A stretch of DNA of 64,000 nt from NCBI GenBank assembly GCA_964187785.1, contig OZ076409.1, positions 74,712,001 through 74,776,000 of the forward strand, given 5' to 3'. The position numbers and the translations under genes were made by a program. The notes under the pieces are model-generated. The model made no database searches and was not told where the DNA came from. It saw nothing but the letters and a program-made list of their open reading frames with translations. This stretch comes from Amphiscolops sp. MND2022. Its lineage: Eukaryota. Every line of letters starts with the position of its first letter. Within the stretch, counting starts at the first letter, position 1. Of the stretch, positions 23,132 to 36,386 are shown piece after piece.

Positions 23132-25318
23132 GTGGAGGTTATTTTATAATAATTAATGTGTTTTTTTCCGGAGTTTGTGGCTTTGGAAAAAACAAAAGGC
23201 GAGAAATCGGGCACTCCGGGCTGAACCGTATACACTCAAATTTCGCCCATTTTTTATACGATCTCGAAACTCAGCCGTACGATTTGGCTGAAAATTTGCA
23301 TGCGGCTACAAATTGAGATTCTAAGAACTATTTCCTGGTGACATTTTTTTGAAATTTTTGTGTACGTTTCCCCCCCGCCCCCTAAAGGGGCCAATTTTCC
23401 CCACTTTTGCACTTATGAGTCAAATTCTCAAAACTGGTGGATCTGAGCGTATTCCCGCCGGGGACAACTTTTAACAAGCGCTCCTCAGTAGACCTTCATG
23501 ACTTTTTACTTTGGTGGTACGTTCACCCCCCGAGGAGGAAATTGCGTTTTTGTGACTTCCGGTCGAGGCTTTTTTCACCCAAAAATTAGATTTAAGCCAG
23601 TTTTGAGCAGGAAGGAGTGGATTTAAAGTGCCTGTACCCTGCTAAAAATTTGTTGGGCTTGTAGCGATATATCTCATACCAAGTCTGGTTTTCAACCCCA
23701 AACCCCCCTTGAGACCAAAATTCACCCAAAGTTTTTTACCTCTGTTTGTAGTTTTTTTACCGAATATCGTCTTTTCCATGGGTAAGGAGTTGAATTAGGG
23801 GCTCCTAATAGGGTACCAATGTTCAAGTACACTTGCAGTGCAACTGATTGACCCTTTTTGGGCCTCTCCTGTGTTCGGCAAGGACCGGAAGCGGTGTAAC
23901 CCCCCCTTTTTTGACGTTTGTTGACCTTGAGACTCGCGCTTAGATGACGTTTATGTCGCGCGAATCCTACAAACAAGTATTAGGATGACATGCTAGCCAA
24001 CTAGAGAGCAGTAAGGGAAACAATATCATACCGGAAGTAACCCCCCGTGACCGGAAGTTGTCATTTTTGACCGCAAATGGTCCAAAACCTAGCGTAAAAG
24101 CAGTTTTTCATTGCTTTTAAAGTCAACTTCTTACATTTTTCAATCTGCGCGAGCTTTTCTTCAGGTTCGTTTTTGTTGCCAGTGCACAGCAACGAATATA
24201 CAACTGTAAAATTTTCGCTATAAAATTGTCGGAGAGAGAAATAACGGATTATTTGGACTTTTTTTCAAAAATATTAGTCTACATCTGTCATTTTTACCCA
24301 ATGTTACTCAACAGTAGAACCACAGGTTTTATTCTCTGCCCAAAAATATGCCTAACAAATTCACCTTTGGTTGCAGTTTGAGCATTCTAGCTTTACCTGG
24401 TCACAAGTTAGGGGACTTGAAAAAGTTTCAAAAATTTTTCCGAAAAATTTTTCTAAACGTCATGTCTCCCAGAGTTAAGAAACTTCCGCACAACTAGGAT
24501 TACAAGTGAATGCACGTGGTAAGACCTATAATTGGAGAGAAAAATTCAGTTTGGAACGTCTCTTTATCGTAACGTGACGTTAAGAGAAGTTGCTTTGAAT
24601 GCGAGCTTGATGAGACGTCGAGAAGTAACAGTGTGTAAATGGAACCTATGTCTCGACAAATACTCATCGGAATACATGAGATGAACCCCAATTACCCTCA
24701 ATTTCAGTTGCCTAGTACAACAACGTCTTCCAAGGACCCTTTAATCTTTTTGATAAGCGTTGAAGTCATCATTAGCTTGAGTTCGCAAGAAACAATTGAG
24801 TACATTCTCATCTCTCCCCATCGGGTGAGATGAGAATGTTTTTGCTAAAAGCCAGGTATTACGGCCCAATTTTGTTTTATTGCGACGCATTCTGTGCTTT
24901 AGCACATAGATACTTTTATTCCGTCTCACTTTTTGTATACACTCTGATTTGTTGTTATAAATTTCTCGTCATTACTTTACATAAACTAATTACCATAAAA
25001 CTTTAACGTCAAAGCCACATTCATTTAGACGCCCACCATTCCGTAGGTATGCCGAGGTATGCCATTCAAAGATGTATGTCAAACGCAAATGCGATAAAAT
25101 TAGTGCTGAAAATCGGAAACAGTGACAAACAGTTTTGACTTTTTGATATTTGTTAGGTTTTCATATGGAACTTACACATCACTGACAATTCAAAACATTC
25201 CAGCTGACGCTCACATACAAACATCAACGCCCACCGTCTGTGGGCATGCCGAGGCATGCCCTTCGACGACGTATAGCAAATTCCTTTAATATCTACACCC
25301 AATTGCGGTAGCAGCTAG
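23132..25318 (+). mobile_element. Unit 10: family H (2187 bp)
   Basis: Head GTGGAGGTTATTTTATAAT; near-identical to unit 26. Confidence 0.9.
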
Positions 25319-27998
25319 GTGGTCGGGGCCCGATGCCCTTCAAAAAACCGTTGCGCGTCGACGGGAAGGGTCCTGTCCGCGCCCGTGGGATAAGAACAAT
25401 ATATACGATGTCAAAAAGCCACTTTTTTCAACGATCTCGTAAACTAACCGTAGGATCCTGCTCAAATTTGGCATGTGGCTTGCAAATAGTCTGAAATGAA
25501 AAAGTGTAGGAGGTAATTTTTCTGTACTATCATTTTGTGTTGACTTATGAGCTAAAAACTACCCGTTCGACATCTTTTTTTCACTTTTTTCAAATTTTAG
25601 AGCTCATATCTCGTTTTCAGGTGCTCGGAGCGGTTCGCATGTGGACGTCAATATTGCTCAGCAGTGCTAGAGGAGTGCGTAGACAAATTTTCGTCCAATT
25701 CGGATAAAAATGGACTGAGTAATAACCGATTTTTTGACGAATTTTTTCGAAAATTTTTGAAATCCCAGTCTATCTCTGCCGTTTTTTGCCCAGATTTTTT
25801 TCCAGACACTCTCCTAAAGGCCTCCCCTGGCCGGTTTACCTCCCAAAAAAACCATTTAGCCCTTTTGCCGCAGTTTCAGCGTTCCAGGATTCCTTGAGTA
25901 AAAGATAAATGACTTAGAATTTTTTCGAAAAATTTTCAAAATTTTTTTTTTCAACTTCAGGCCTCCCAAAGTCGAGGAACTTCCACACAACTAGTATTGC
26001 AAGTGAATGCATGTGGAAAGTTCTCGAATAGACGAGAAAAATGAGCTATTGTACGACCCTGTAGCTTAATCTGACGTTGACTTATGACATTTTTAGTGTG
26101 AGCTTGAATAGGGGTTGAAGTGTCAAATAAAATTAAGTGTCTTTTCAGAGCCTATTACATCCTCCCACGTTATCGTAGCGGTTCGCATGTGGACGTCAAT
26201 ATTGCTTAGCAGTCTTAGGGGAGTTCGTATACAAATTTTCGTCCAGATCGGATAAAAATTGACTGAGTAATAACCGATTTTTTTGACGAATGTTTTCGAA
26301 AATTTTTGAAATCCCAGTCTATCTCTGCCGTTTTTTGCCCAGATTTTTTTCCAGACACTCTCCTAAAGGCCTCCCCTGGCCGGTTTACCTCCCAGAAAAA
26401 CCATTTGGCCCTTTTGCCACAGTTTCAGCGTTCCAGGATTCCTTGAGTAAAAGATAAATGACTTAGAATTTTTTCGAAAAATTTTCAAAATTTTTTTTTT
26501 CAACTTCAGGCCTCCCAAAGTCGAGGAACTTCCACACAACTAGTATTGCAAGTGAATGCATGTGGAAAGTTCTCGAATAGACGAGAAAAATGAGCTATTG
26601 TACGACCCTGTAGCTTAATCTGACGTTGACTTATGACATTTTTAGTGTGAGCTTGAATAGGGGTTGAAGTGTCAAATAAAATTAAGTGTCTTTTCAGAGC
26701 CTATGACATCCTCCCACGTTATCGTAGCGGTTCGCATGTGGACGTCAATATTGCTTAGCAGTCTTAGGGGAGTTCGTATACAAATTTTCGTCCAGATCGG
26801 ATAAAAATTGACTGAGTAATAACCGATTTTTTTGACGAATGTTTTCGAAAATTTTTGAAATCCCAGTCTATCTCTGCCGTTTTTTGCCCAGATTTTTTTC
26901 CAGACACTCTCCTAAAGGCCTCCCCTGGCCGGTTTACCTCCCAGAAAAACCATTTGGCCCTTTTGCCACAGTTTCAGCGTTCCAGGATTCCTTGAGTAAA
27001 AGATAAATGACTTAGAATTTTTTCGAAAAATTTTCAAAATTTTTTTTTCAACTTCAGGCCTCCCAAAGTCGAGGAACTTCCACACAACTAGTATTGCAAG
27101 TGAATGCATGTGGAAAGTTCTCGAATAGACGAGAAAAATGAGCTATTGTACGACCCTGTAGCTTAATCTGACGTTGACTTATGACATTTTTAGTGTGAGC
27201 TTGAATAGGGGTTGAAGTGTCAAACAAAATATTAAAATGGAAGCTAATTAAAATGGAAGCTAAGTCTAATCGGAATACGTTCAGTCAATCCCAGAGCTGT
27301 TCAATTGCCTTTGTTTAGTGCAACAAAACTATTTGAGGTCATTTGACTCATTTCTATTATGTTTTGAAACCGTTTTATCCATTCAATAGCATAAAACAGT
27401 TGAGTTCATTCCATCTCCCTTTCGGGGGAGATGAGAATGTACTCGCCAAAGACAAGGTGCAAGGGCCCCTACTTGTATCCTGCTACTTTTTCTGTGCAAC
27501 TGCCAACGGACAACATGACTTCGTGTGACTTTTTTCTTTGCAATGTGATTGGACATGTTGAACGTTCAGTCCTTACCTTTCCACAGCATTCAACTTTCGA
27601 TGGGTCGGGGCCCGTTGTCCTGTAAATGACATCTGCGCGTCTACAGCGAGAGTTCTGGCCTCGCTCTTAGCAGAAGACAATGTGACGTAGTCAAATCGCC
27701 AATTTTTAACGATCGCGGCGAATCTACGAAGAATCGTACTTGAGTTTCTTTGGTTACTGTGAGATTTACGATATCAAAAAAATTAGGACATGCCATTTTT
27801 TCAAACCAATTTTTGGTCATAAATTCTTCCAAAGAAACAGAACAACGCTAAACTATCATTTATTTACATCGAATGAACCATCCAGTAGTGTTTCAAAATC
27901 ATTTTGCCAACACGAATCAGTTTCAAGGTGAGAAGCCAACATAAACTTTAAAGTTTTTCATATTAACACCTCGTGTACTCCACTGCTTTCACCGCTAG
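25319..27998 (+). mobile_element. Unit 11: family I (2680 bp) with internal triplication
   Basis: Head GTGGTCGGGGCCCGATG; ends CACCGCTAG; no GGCATGCC hairpin. Confidence 0.75.
25629..27225 (+). repeat. Three tandem copies of a ~549 bp segment inside unit 11
   Basis: AGCGGTTCGCATGTGGACGTCAATATTGCT at 25629, 26177 and 26726. Confidence 0.9.
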
Positions 27999-29276
27999 GT
28001 GCAAAAATCTATTGATTTGCCAAACACTTCGAGGGCGGGGTAGGGCCCCCAGCCCGAGTCAAAAGTCGAAGACAAACAACTTAAGGCAACTGTCGAATTC
28101 TCCTATCGATTTTCTAAACGAGCCGTCAGATTTGGCTGAAATTTTGCATACGGCTTCCTATAACAATCCTAAGAACTAATCCCTACTGGCGTTTTGCCCG
28201 GAAAATTCAAAAAGTGGGTCAAAATCTTAGTTTTTTGGTCGAAAAATGGCGTTTTTTGGAAAAAATTTTTTTAAGAGCCCATATCTCGCTCCCAGGTGCC
28301 CGTAGCAACCAGACCTCGGACGGTACTATTGCTGGGCACTTTGTAAGGAGTCCGTAGACAAATTTTCGTCCACATCGGATAAAAAATGACTGAGTAATAG
28401 CCGTCATTGGGACGCATTTTTTCGACTTTTTTCGAAAACCTAGTCTATCTCTGCCGTTTTTTGCCCAGATTTTTTTCCAGGACCTCTCCTAAAGGCCTCC
28501 CCTGGCCAGTTTACCTCCCAGAAAAACCATTTGGCCCTTTTGCCGCAGTTTCAGCGTTCCAGGATTCCTTGAGTAAAAGTAAAATGACTTAGAATTTTCT
28601 CAAAAAATTTTCAAAATTTTTTTTTGAACTTCAGACCTCCCAAAGTCAGGAAACTTCCACACAACTAGTATTGCAAGTGAATGCATGTGGAAAGTGCTCG
28701 AATAGACGAGAAAAATGAGCTATTATAAAGCTCTGTAGCTCAACCTGACGTTGACTTATGATAATTTTAGTGTGAGCTTGCTATGTGAGAAAAAATTTCA
28801 AAAATTGAAAATCGAAGTTAAGTCTCATCCAAAACTCTTCGGAATACGTTCAATCCATCCCAAAGCGGTTTGTTCCCAGTTGTATGGTGCAGCAACACCA
28901 TTAAAGGTCATTTGGCCCATTTTTATAACTTTTGACGCCGTCTTATCCATTTGAAAGTTCGAAACAGTTGAGTACATTCCATCTCCCCTACGTGGGAGAT
29001 GGTAATGTACTCGCAAAAAGCCAAGGTCCTACCGCCCTATTCTATCCGGCGTTGCATCAGAAATGCAGTAGCATGAGCTCCAGGTTGTTTGCAGTAGCCT
29101 TTACGTATGTTGTGACTATGTATTACAACTCTGTTACTAAACATGAAAAAATTGTTTCAATCCCAAAAATTTTCATTTCAACTTTAGTATGTCACCAATA
29201 AACATATATGCATCTTTCCTACTACAACCACCCTACCACCCGGCCCCTTGTCCACTGTTCAACCGTGCACGTCTAG
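27999..29276 (+). mobile_element. Unit 12: family J (1278 bp)
   Basis: Head GTGCAAAAATCT; body related to E; no GGCATGCC hairpin. Confidence 0.8.
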
Positions 29277-30547
29277 GTGGCCGCGTCTTTTAGATGGACT
29301 TTTAGCCCTGAGGCGCGGGTAGGGTCCTGCGCCGAGCTGGTGAAAATATACTCCTGGCAAATGGCCCGAATCGGAGACGATCTCAAAAGTGGCCCGTACG
29401 ATTTTCTTGAAACTTTGCATGTGGCCCCCAATTGGCGAGCAATGAAAAAGTGTAGGAGGTCATTTTCTCCTGGTTTCATTGTGAGACGAGATATATGAAA
29501 AAAACGGACCCCAAAATGACGAAAATTTCACTTTTTGACCAATAATGTGACATTATCTCCTCAGACAAGGCTCGGAGCAAAATTTGTCAGGACCCAAACT
29601 TATTGCAGGCTGTTAGGAGAGTACGCACAGTAAGTTTGAAGGAAATCCGATAATCATATGTTGAGAAATTAACGATTTTCCGACAAAATTTTTTGCATCT
29701 GCAGTCTATCTCTGCCGTTTTTTGCCCAAAATTTTTTCGAGACCCTCTTCTAAAGACCTCCCCTGGCCGGTTTACCTCCCAGAAAAACCATTTGGCCCTA
29801 AATACGAGGTTTCAGCGTTCCAGCTTTCCCCAGTGAAAAGTTATGGGACTTAGAATTTTTTCAAAAATTTTCAAAATTTTTCTAAAAAAGTTCAGGTCGC
29901 CCAAAGTGAAGAAACTTCCACACAACTAGTATTGCAAGTGGATGCATGTGGAAAGCCCTGCACTTGACGAGAAAAATGCCGTTTAGAACGTCTTTTTATC
30001 TTAATTTGATGTTGACTTATGATCTTTTGAGTAGCGTATAACACGTGATCACAGTAGTGAAAATCCTAATTTTCAATAATTTTCAAACAATAACGCATGA
30101 AAAGAACCTGGAAAAGGTTCCGATGGGTCAGTTGGGATGTCTGAAGCATGTGTACATTCCCGTAGTGTATAGCGGATGTATTTGGGACTTAATAGAAATT
30201 GTGATATATTTTATAAAAGTCTTTGTTTCTCTTAGAATCTTATGCAGTTGAGTACATTCCATCTCCCTCTCAGGGGAGATGTGAATGTACGTTTGCCAAA
30301 TGCCTTGTAAAGCTCACAATTTTGGAGGATTCAAATAACTAAACAAGTGTGATTTGCGTTTGCCGAACCACTGCGACAAAATATCCTAAATCTATAGCGA
30401 GATTGTATGGTTTTTGTCTTTAGTGTTTCGTCTTGTGTAGCCGACTTCCACATCCAAATATCAACGCCCGCCGTCCGTAGGCATGCCGAGGCATGCCTTT
30501 CGACGACGTATGCCAAATACCCAATGCCACGCTGTCATTATCGCTAG
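29277..30547 (+). mobile_element. Unit 13: family D (1271 bp)
   Basis: Homologous to unit 4, with a different segment at about +200 to +430. Confidence 0.85.
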
Positions 30548-31617
30548 GTGGTCAAGGGGGATGCCCATCAGAAAATATTGCGAGGCCGGGGAGGGTCCCG
30601 AGAGCCGAGCACATTCTATCAATTCCTACCTTCAGGATTGCGAAGTATTTTAACCGATCTCGAAATTCACCCGTAGGATTTGTCTGAAACTTTGCATGTG
30701 GCTTCATCTTAAAAATTTAAGAACTTTTTTCTGCTGACGTTTTTCCAGGAAAATTCATTTTGTAGGGTTTTTTTGCGTTTTTTTGGTTTTTTTCATCTTT
30801 GTTCATCTTTGATTAATCAATGACCAAATCAAAGGCCATTTTCACCATGAAGGAAAGCCCGTAGCGGCAAAGTGCACTTTTATGAAAATCATCAACGGTC
30901 AACGGTCTTTCGAACGGTCCGAAAAAATTTTCCCCCGGGGGCAACCAAAGTGCCGAAAAGTGCCAAATTTATTTTTTTGACTGAATCACTTTGATCAAAT
31001 TGATGATTTGAGCAGTCGCAACGGTCCGCACGGTCTCGGACAATAAGGTCAAAAATTGTCAGCATCCAATGGGGGTTCCAAAAATGTAATTCGTTCACCT
31101 GCAGGAGACATCAGAAAAAAGTTGATTTTTTGGAGTTTTGGCATTATGACTGATCGGATGATAAATCATTGCATCACGTTGAGTTGCATTTGATGCAGCA
31201 CACGAAGCAGCTGCAGCGAACCTGAAACTGCTTAGGGGGCTAGGGTTTACTATCTGTAACAAGCAAAATATCCCTTGGGCAAAAGGTATGCCAAAAAGTG
31301 CCTCAAAGTGCTAATTAAGTTGTTGCAAATCGGCTAGCAAAATTCATTGTCACCGGTGTTCCGTGAGTTGCGCAGCATCTCGCGGGAACAACGGTGCTTG
31401 TTTCGAACGCAAAACCCAACATACCTCTTTGGTGACGTGACGGAGGTCACCATTGGCCTTTTTCGGCAGTGTGATGATATTATTATTGTTGAATTGTGAA
31501 CAACATACACAAAAGATTTAGCGTGGGATATTTGTTTGTTTCATACTTCAGTAACAAACTTTCAACCGTTTCGTTTAGGCCTCTACCTAGCAGTGCTCTA
31601 AATCGCTCCATCGCTAG
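30548..31617 (+). mobile_element. Unit 14: family B (1070 bp)
   Basis: Homologous to units 1 and 2. Confidence 0.9.
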
Positions 31618-33005
31618 GTGGTCGGGGCGGTCCCCAGAACGCACATGGAGGCGCGGGGAGGGTCCTGCGCCGACGTAGAATAATTTCATAAAATACTATT
31701 ATCCTACATGGGTGTTTTTGAAGCGATTTTGGAACCTACCCGTCAGATTTGGATAATTTTTTGCATGCGGCCAAAACTCAAAATTCTAAGAACTTTTTCC
31801 CTCTGTCATTTTCCCCGCAAATTGTTTTTTGTTGACTTATGGCCGAAAAACCGGAAATAACGTTCTTTTTAGACGTTATATCCGAAGTGTCGTCATAACT
31901 TTTTTCCAGGGCATGCTAGCGTTCTTGTTCACTTTTACACTTAGTTGCAGCATCTCAAAATACAACTGGTGGAAAATTTTGGTTGCATTCGGATCACCCC
32001 CACCGAGATAGAAGGGTTCCCCCCTCCAGTTTTACCCCCCAAATTTGCGAAAAAGCCAATTTCGAGCATAAAGCTGAGGATTTAGCGTACCCGCACCCTT
32101 CTGATGTTTTGTCGTACAAATTGGGGTCAATCGGATGACATGTGTGATTTTCACCCCCAACCCCCCCTGGGACCGGAAATGACGTTTTTTTGTGTTTTTT
32201 GGCAGAAATTAGCCTTTTTCATTATAAGGCAGTCGTTTTAGGGACTCCTAGTAGGATATCGAAATTGAAATACAACCTGATCACAACCCAGTGACAACAT
32301 GTTGGCCATTTGGAGGTACCATCAAGACCGGAAGTGGGGTCAACCCCCCTTTTTGTGACCGCTTTTTGACCTTGTGCACCAAAATGCCAACAACTTGAGG
32401 CCTAATGACGCATTCAAATCTGTACAAAGATTGAATGTTAGACAACCAAAGTCCCGGAAGATCTTTAGCATATACCGGAAGTTACCCCCCATGACCGGAA
32501 GGTACCCAATGTGACCGGAAATGGTCCAAAAAGTAATGTAAAGTTGAATTTTTAACTATTTCCAGACCACTTCATTGAACATTTTCAATCCCAAAACTAG
32601 CGTACTGGCTTGTTTTGCTGAAGTTATGGAAATTGATGAGCTCTATCACCCCCGATAGCCTTCGAAGTTGACCTTGCGTCAACTTTGGAGGCTATCGATT
32701 CTGAAAATTAACAACAGAGTTCATTGTTGCTCTCGTTTTTTTTCCGTTGTTTTTCCTCAAACATTCTTGAGACATATACATGGCAGTTAGTTAAAATCAA
32801 TTTTTTAGCCCATGTTATAGCGGGAGTAGCAAAGCGTTACACGGGCTAGTGTGGTTTTGAACTTACATACTTTTAAAATAAAAAAGACCGTCTTAGTCAA
32901 CGCCACACTTTCATAGCAACGCCCACCGTCTGTGGGCATGCCGAGGCATGCCCTTCGACGACGTATGACGAATCCACTTCCACGACGCCCGCAGTCCTCA
33001 GCTAG
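31618..33005 (+). mobile_element. Unit 15: family A (1388 bp)
   Basis: Full-length, somewhat diverged A copy. Confidence 0.9.
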
Positions 33006-34392
33006 GTGGTTGGGGCGGTCCCCAGAACGCACAAGGAGGCGCGGGGAGGGTCCTGCGCCGACGTAGAATAATTTCATATAATACTAGTATCCTACATGGG
33101 TGTTTTAGAAGCGATTTTGGAATCTAACCGTAGGATTTGGATAATTTTTTGCATGCGGCCATAACTCGAAATTCTAAGAACTTTTTCCTACTGTCATTTT
33201 CCCCGCAAATTGTTTTTTGTTGACTTATGGCCGAAAAACCGGAAATAACGTCGTTTTTAGACGTTATATCCGAAGTGTCGTAATAACTTTTTTCCAGGGC
33301 ATGCTAGCGTTCTCGTTCACTTTTACACTTAGTTGCAGCATCTCAAAATACAACTGGTGGAAGATTTTGGTTGCATTCGTATCACCCCCCACCGAGATAG
33401 AAGGGTTCCCCCCTCCAGATTTACCCCCCAATTTTGCAAAAAAGCCAATTTTGAGCATGAAGCCGAGGATTTAGCGTACCCGCACCCTTCTGATGTTTTG
33501 TTGTACGTAATAGGGTCAATCTGACGACATGTGTGGTTTTCACCCCCAACCCCCCCTGGGACCGGAAATGACACTTTTTTGTGTTTTTTGGCAGAATTTA
33601 GCCTTTTTCATTATTAGGCAGTCGTTTTAGGGTCTCCTAGCAGGATATCGAAATTGAAATACAACCTGATCACAACCCAGTGACAACATGTTGGCCACTT
33701 GAAGGTACCATCATGACCGGAAGTGGGGTCAAACCCCCTTTTTCTGACCGCTTTTTGACCTTGTGCACCAAAATGCCAACAACTTGAGGCCTAATGACAC
33801 ATTCAAATCTGTACAAAGATAGAACGTTAGACAACCGAAGTCCCGGAAGCTCTTTAGCATATATCGGTGGTTCCCCCCATGACCGGAAGTTACCCAATGT
33901 GACCGGAAATGGTCCAAAAATTAAAGTAAATTTGAATTTTTTACTATTTCAAGACCACTTCATTGAACATTTTCAATCCCAAAACTAGCGTACTGGCTTG
34001 TTTTGCTGAATTTATGGAAATTGATGAGCTCTATCACCCCTGATAGCCTTCGAAGTTGACCTTGCGTCAACTTTGGAGGCTATCGATACTGAAAATGAAC
34101 AACAAAGTACATTGTTGCTCTCGGTTTTTTCCCGTTGTTTTTCCTCAAACATTCTTGAGACATATACATGGCCGTTAGTTGAAATCAATATTTAGCCCAT
34201 GTTATAGCTGGAGCAGCGAAGCGTTACACAGACTAGTGTGGTTTTGAAATTACATTATTTAAATTAACAACTGACCGTCTTAGTCAACTCCACACATTCA
34301 TACCAACGCCCACCGTCTGTGGGCATGCCGAGGCATGCCCTTCGACGACGTATGACGAATCCACTCCAACGACACCCGCAGTCCTCAGCTAG
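33006..34392 (+). mobile_element. Unit 16: family A (1387 bp)
   Basis: Full-length A copy. Confidence 0.9.
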
Positions 34393-36386
34393 GTGGGCGG
34401 TAGGTTTCCCGTAGTCAAAAAAAAATTGCAGGCCGGGGTAGGGGCCCTGGCCGAGGCAAAATACCATAGAAAAGGTACCAAATTATGTGAGTTTAGAAAA
34501 TTGAGCCATACAAATTCTCTGAAAATTGCTGTGTGTACCCTATCGCCCAATCTAAGAACTTTTTCCTGCTGACGTTTTGCCCTCCAAATGTTACTAATAT
34601 GACTTTTTGAAAAATTTATCTCTGGTTTTTCATCAAAAATAGTGATTTTGGCAATTTTTGTGAAATATCTCTGATTGCATTAATTTTTGGACTTTGACTG
34701 TGAAACAAGCTCGGAACCATCATTTCGTGACCATGGCAATGCACTAAACACAAAAGATGTAGAGTTTTTAAATTTTTTGAAAATTTGACATTTTTAAATT
34801 TTTTTCACTACTATCAGTACCATATATGTCAAAATAACCTCAGAAAATTTTTTTTATTTTATTTAATTTAGAATCCTTGCTATCCATGGTTTCTGTTAGT
34901 ATCTACTCGCTGCCAGAGACTCAACAGTTACCATCGAATCTGAAATTAAAAATTTTTTCGAGGTCATAGGTGTTTCACAAGGATTTCACAACATAGTCTT
35001 GTTTTACAAATAGGTCATTTACAACATCATATTTTCATCGAGGCATGTCGGATATAGTCTTATTGCTCACGAACGGTCCTACTGGCAACGTAATAACCAT
35101 TTATAGAAATATAAAGTTTTAAAAAAATCTTTTCACCCGTTCTTCAGACATTTTTCAGACATTCGGAACTTAACTTAGAAAAATTTCGTCTCAAAAACCC
35201 ATTTTTCGTCAGGTCGAAATTTGAAATTCAGCTTTTGAAGCACAAATATGCACTCTGACGTAACCAGTAGGGCCAATGATACTCAACAACACCATTGAGA
35301 CTGGTATCAGTCGCTCCAAAAACATATGAGCCGTGATAAGACGTTTTTTTCAACAATACTGTTCAATTGATGTAAACATCGCGGAAGCCTTGGATTACAG
35401 TGAAAGTTGATTTGAACAAAAATTTACTCTTTTTTGTCAATCACTATGTAGACAGAATGCGTAGGGTAAGTTTCAGCACTAATATGAAGATTTTGAAGGA
35501 ATCGGGTTGCTCAAGGCGTGGTATGAGACACTTTTTTCTCATATACTAGTGTTTTTCAAAACCTTTTCGTTAAATATCTCGAAAAGCAAACAATAAAAAA
35601 TACTTTCTGATATCTAATTTAATTCCTAGAATATAAATGAATCATGTGGTTGATCAGAAACTCTCTACTTTAATGTTTCCAGAAAAAAATCCCTTCCCAT
35701 GTTTTATATCTGTAGCAGTAAAAAAAGTAGACGCTAAAAAATACGCTATTTTGCTAAAATTGAATTGCAATTGTTTAGCTTTAAAACTCTTTTAATACTT
35801 CTAACGCCACCTTAAGGACTCAAGATGATTGAAAATGTCAATCACAATGCTGACATGTAGTCTTTCTACGATCCTGGCTGGACAGATTTTGATTATTTTT
35901 CAAGTACCTGTTAACTGAATCTCGTGATAGCCTTCTAAGTTGACCTTCTGCGTCAACTTGAGAAGGCTATCACTAAAACAAACTAAATTCTGATTTGTTT
36001 GTTTGTTCCTAACGTCTTTTGGTACGATCGTCTTACGGTTAGTTGGTTAAACCAGGTCGCTTATACTTCCACAATTTTCGACCACCGTCCGTGTATTCGG
36101 TTCACACGACTTTACATTTTCAGTCGTTTGTTTTCGATAACTATCACAATGTACTGCCAGTAGCGCAAAATTCATACTAGTACTTGGTTGGTTGAAATAC
36201 TTAAACAACTGTTTCCATAGTTATTCGCGGTGATGGTACAATCCGCGCGCCTACATACCTACGGCGTCTTGTCACTACAACGCCACATAGGGAAACAACG
36301 CCCATAGTCCGTAGGCATGCCTAGGCATGCCTTTCGACGACGCGCGCCAAATCTATGCGCGCCCGCACTTGTGCGGTAGCTGCTAG
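34393..36386 (+). mobile_element. Unit 17: family K, singleton (1994 bp)
   Basis: Head GTGGGCGGTAGGTTTCCC; unique AT-rich body; GATAGCC-type palindrome; terminal hairpin. Confidence 0.8.
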
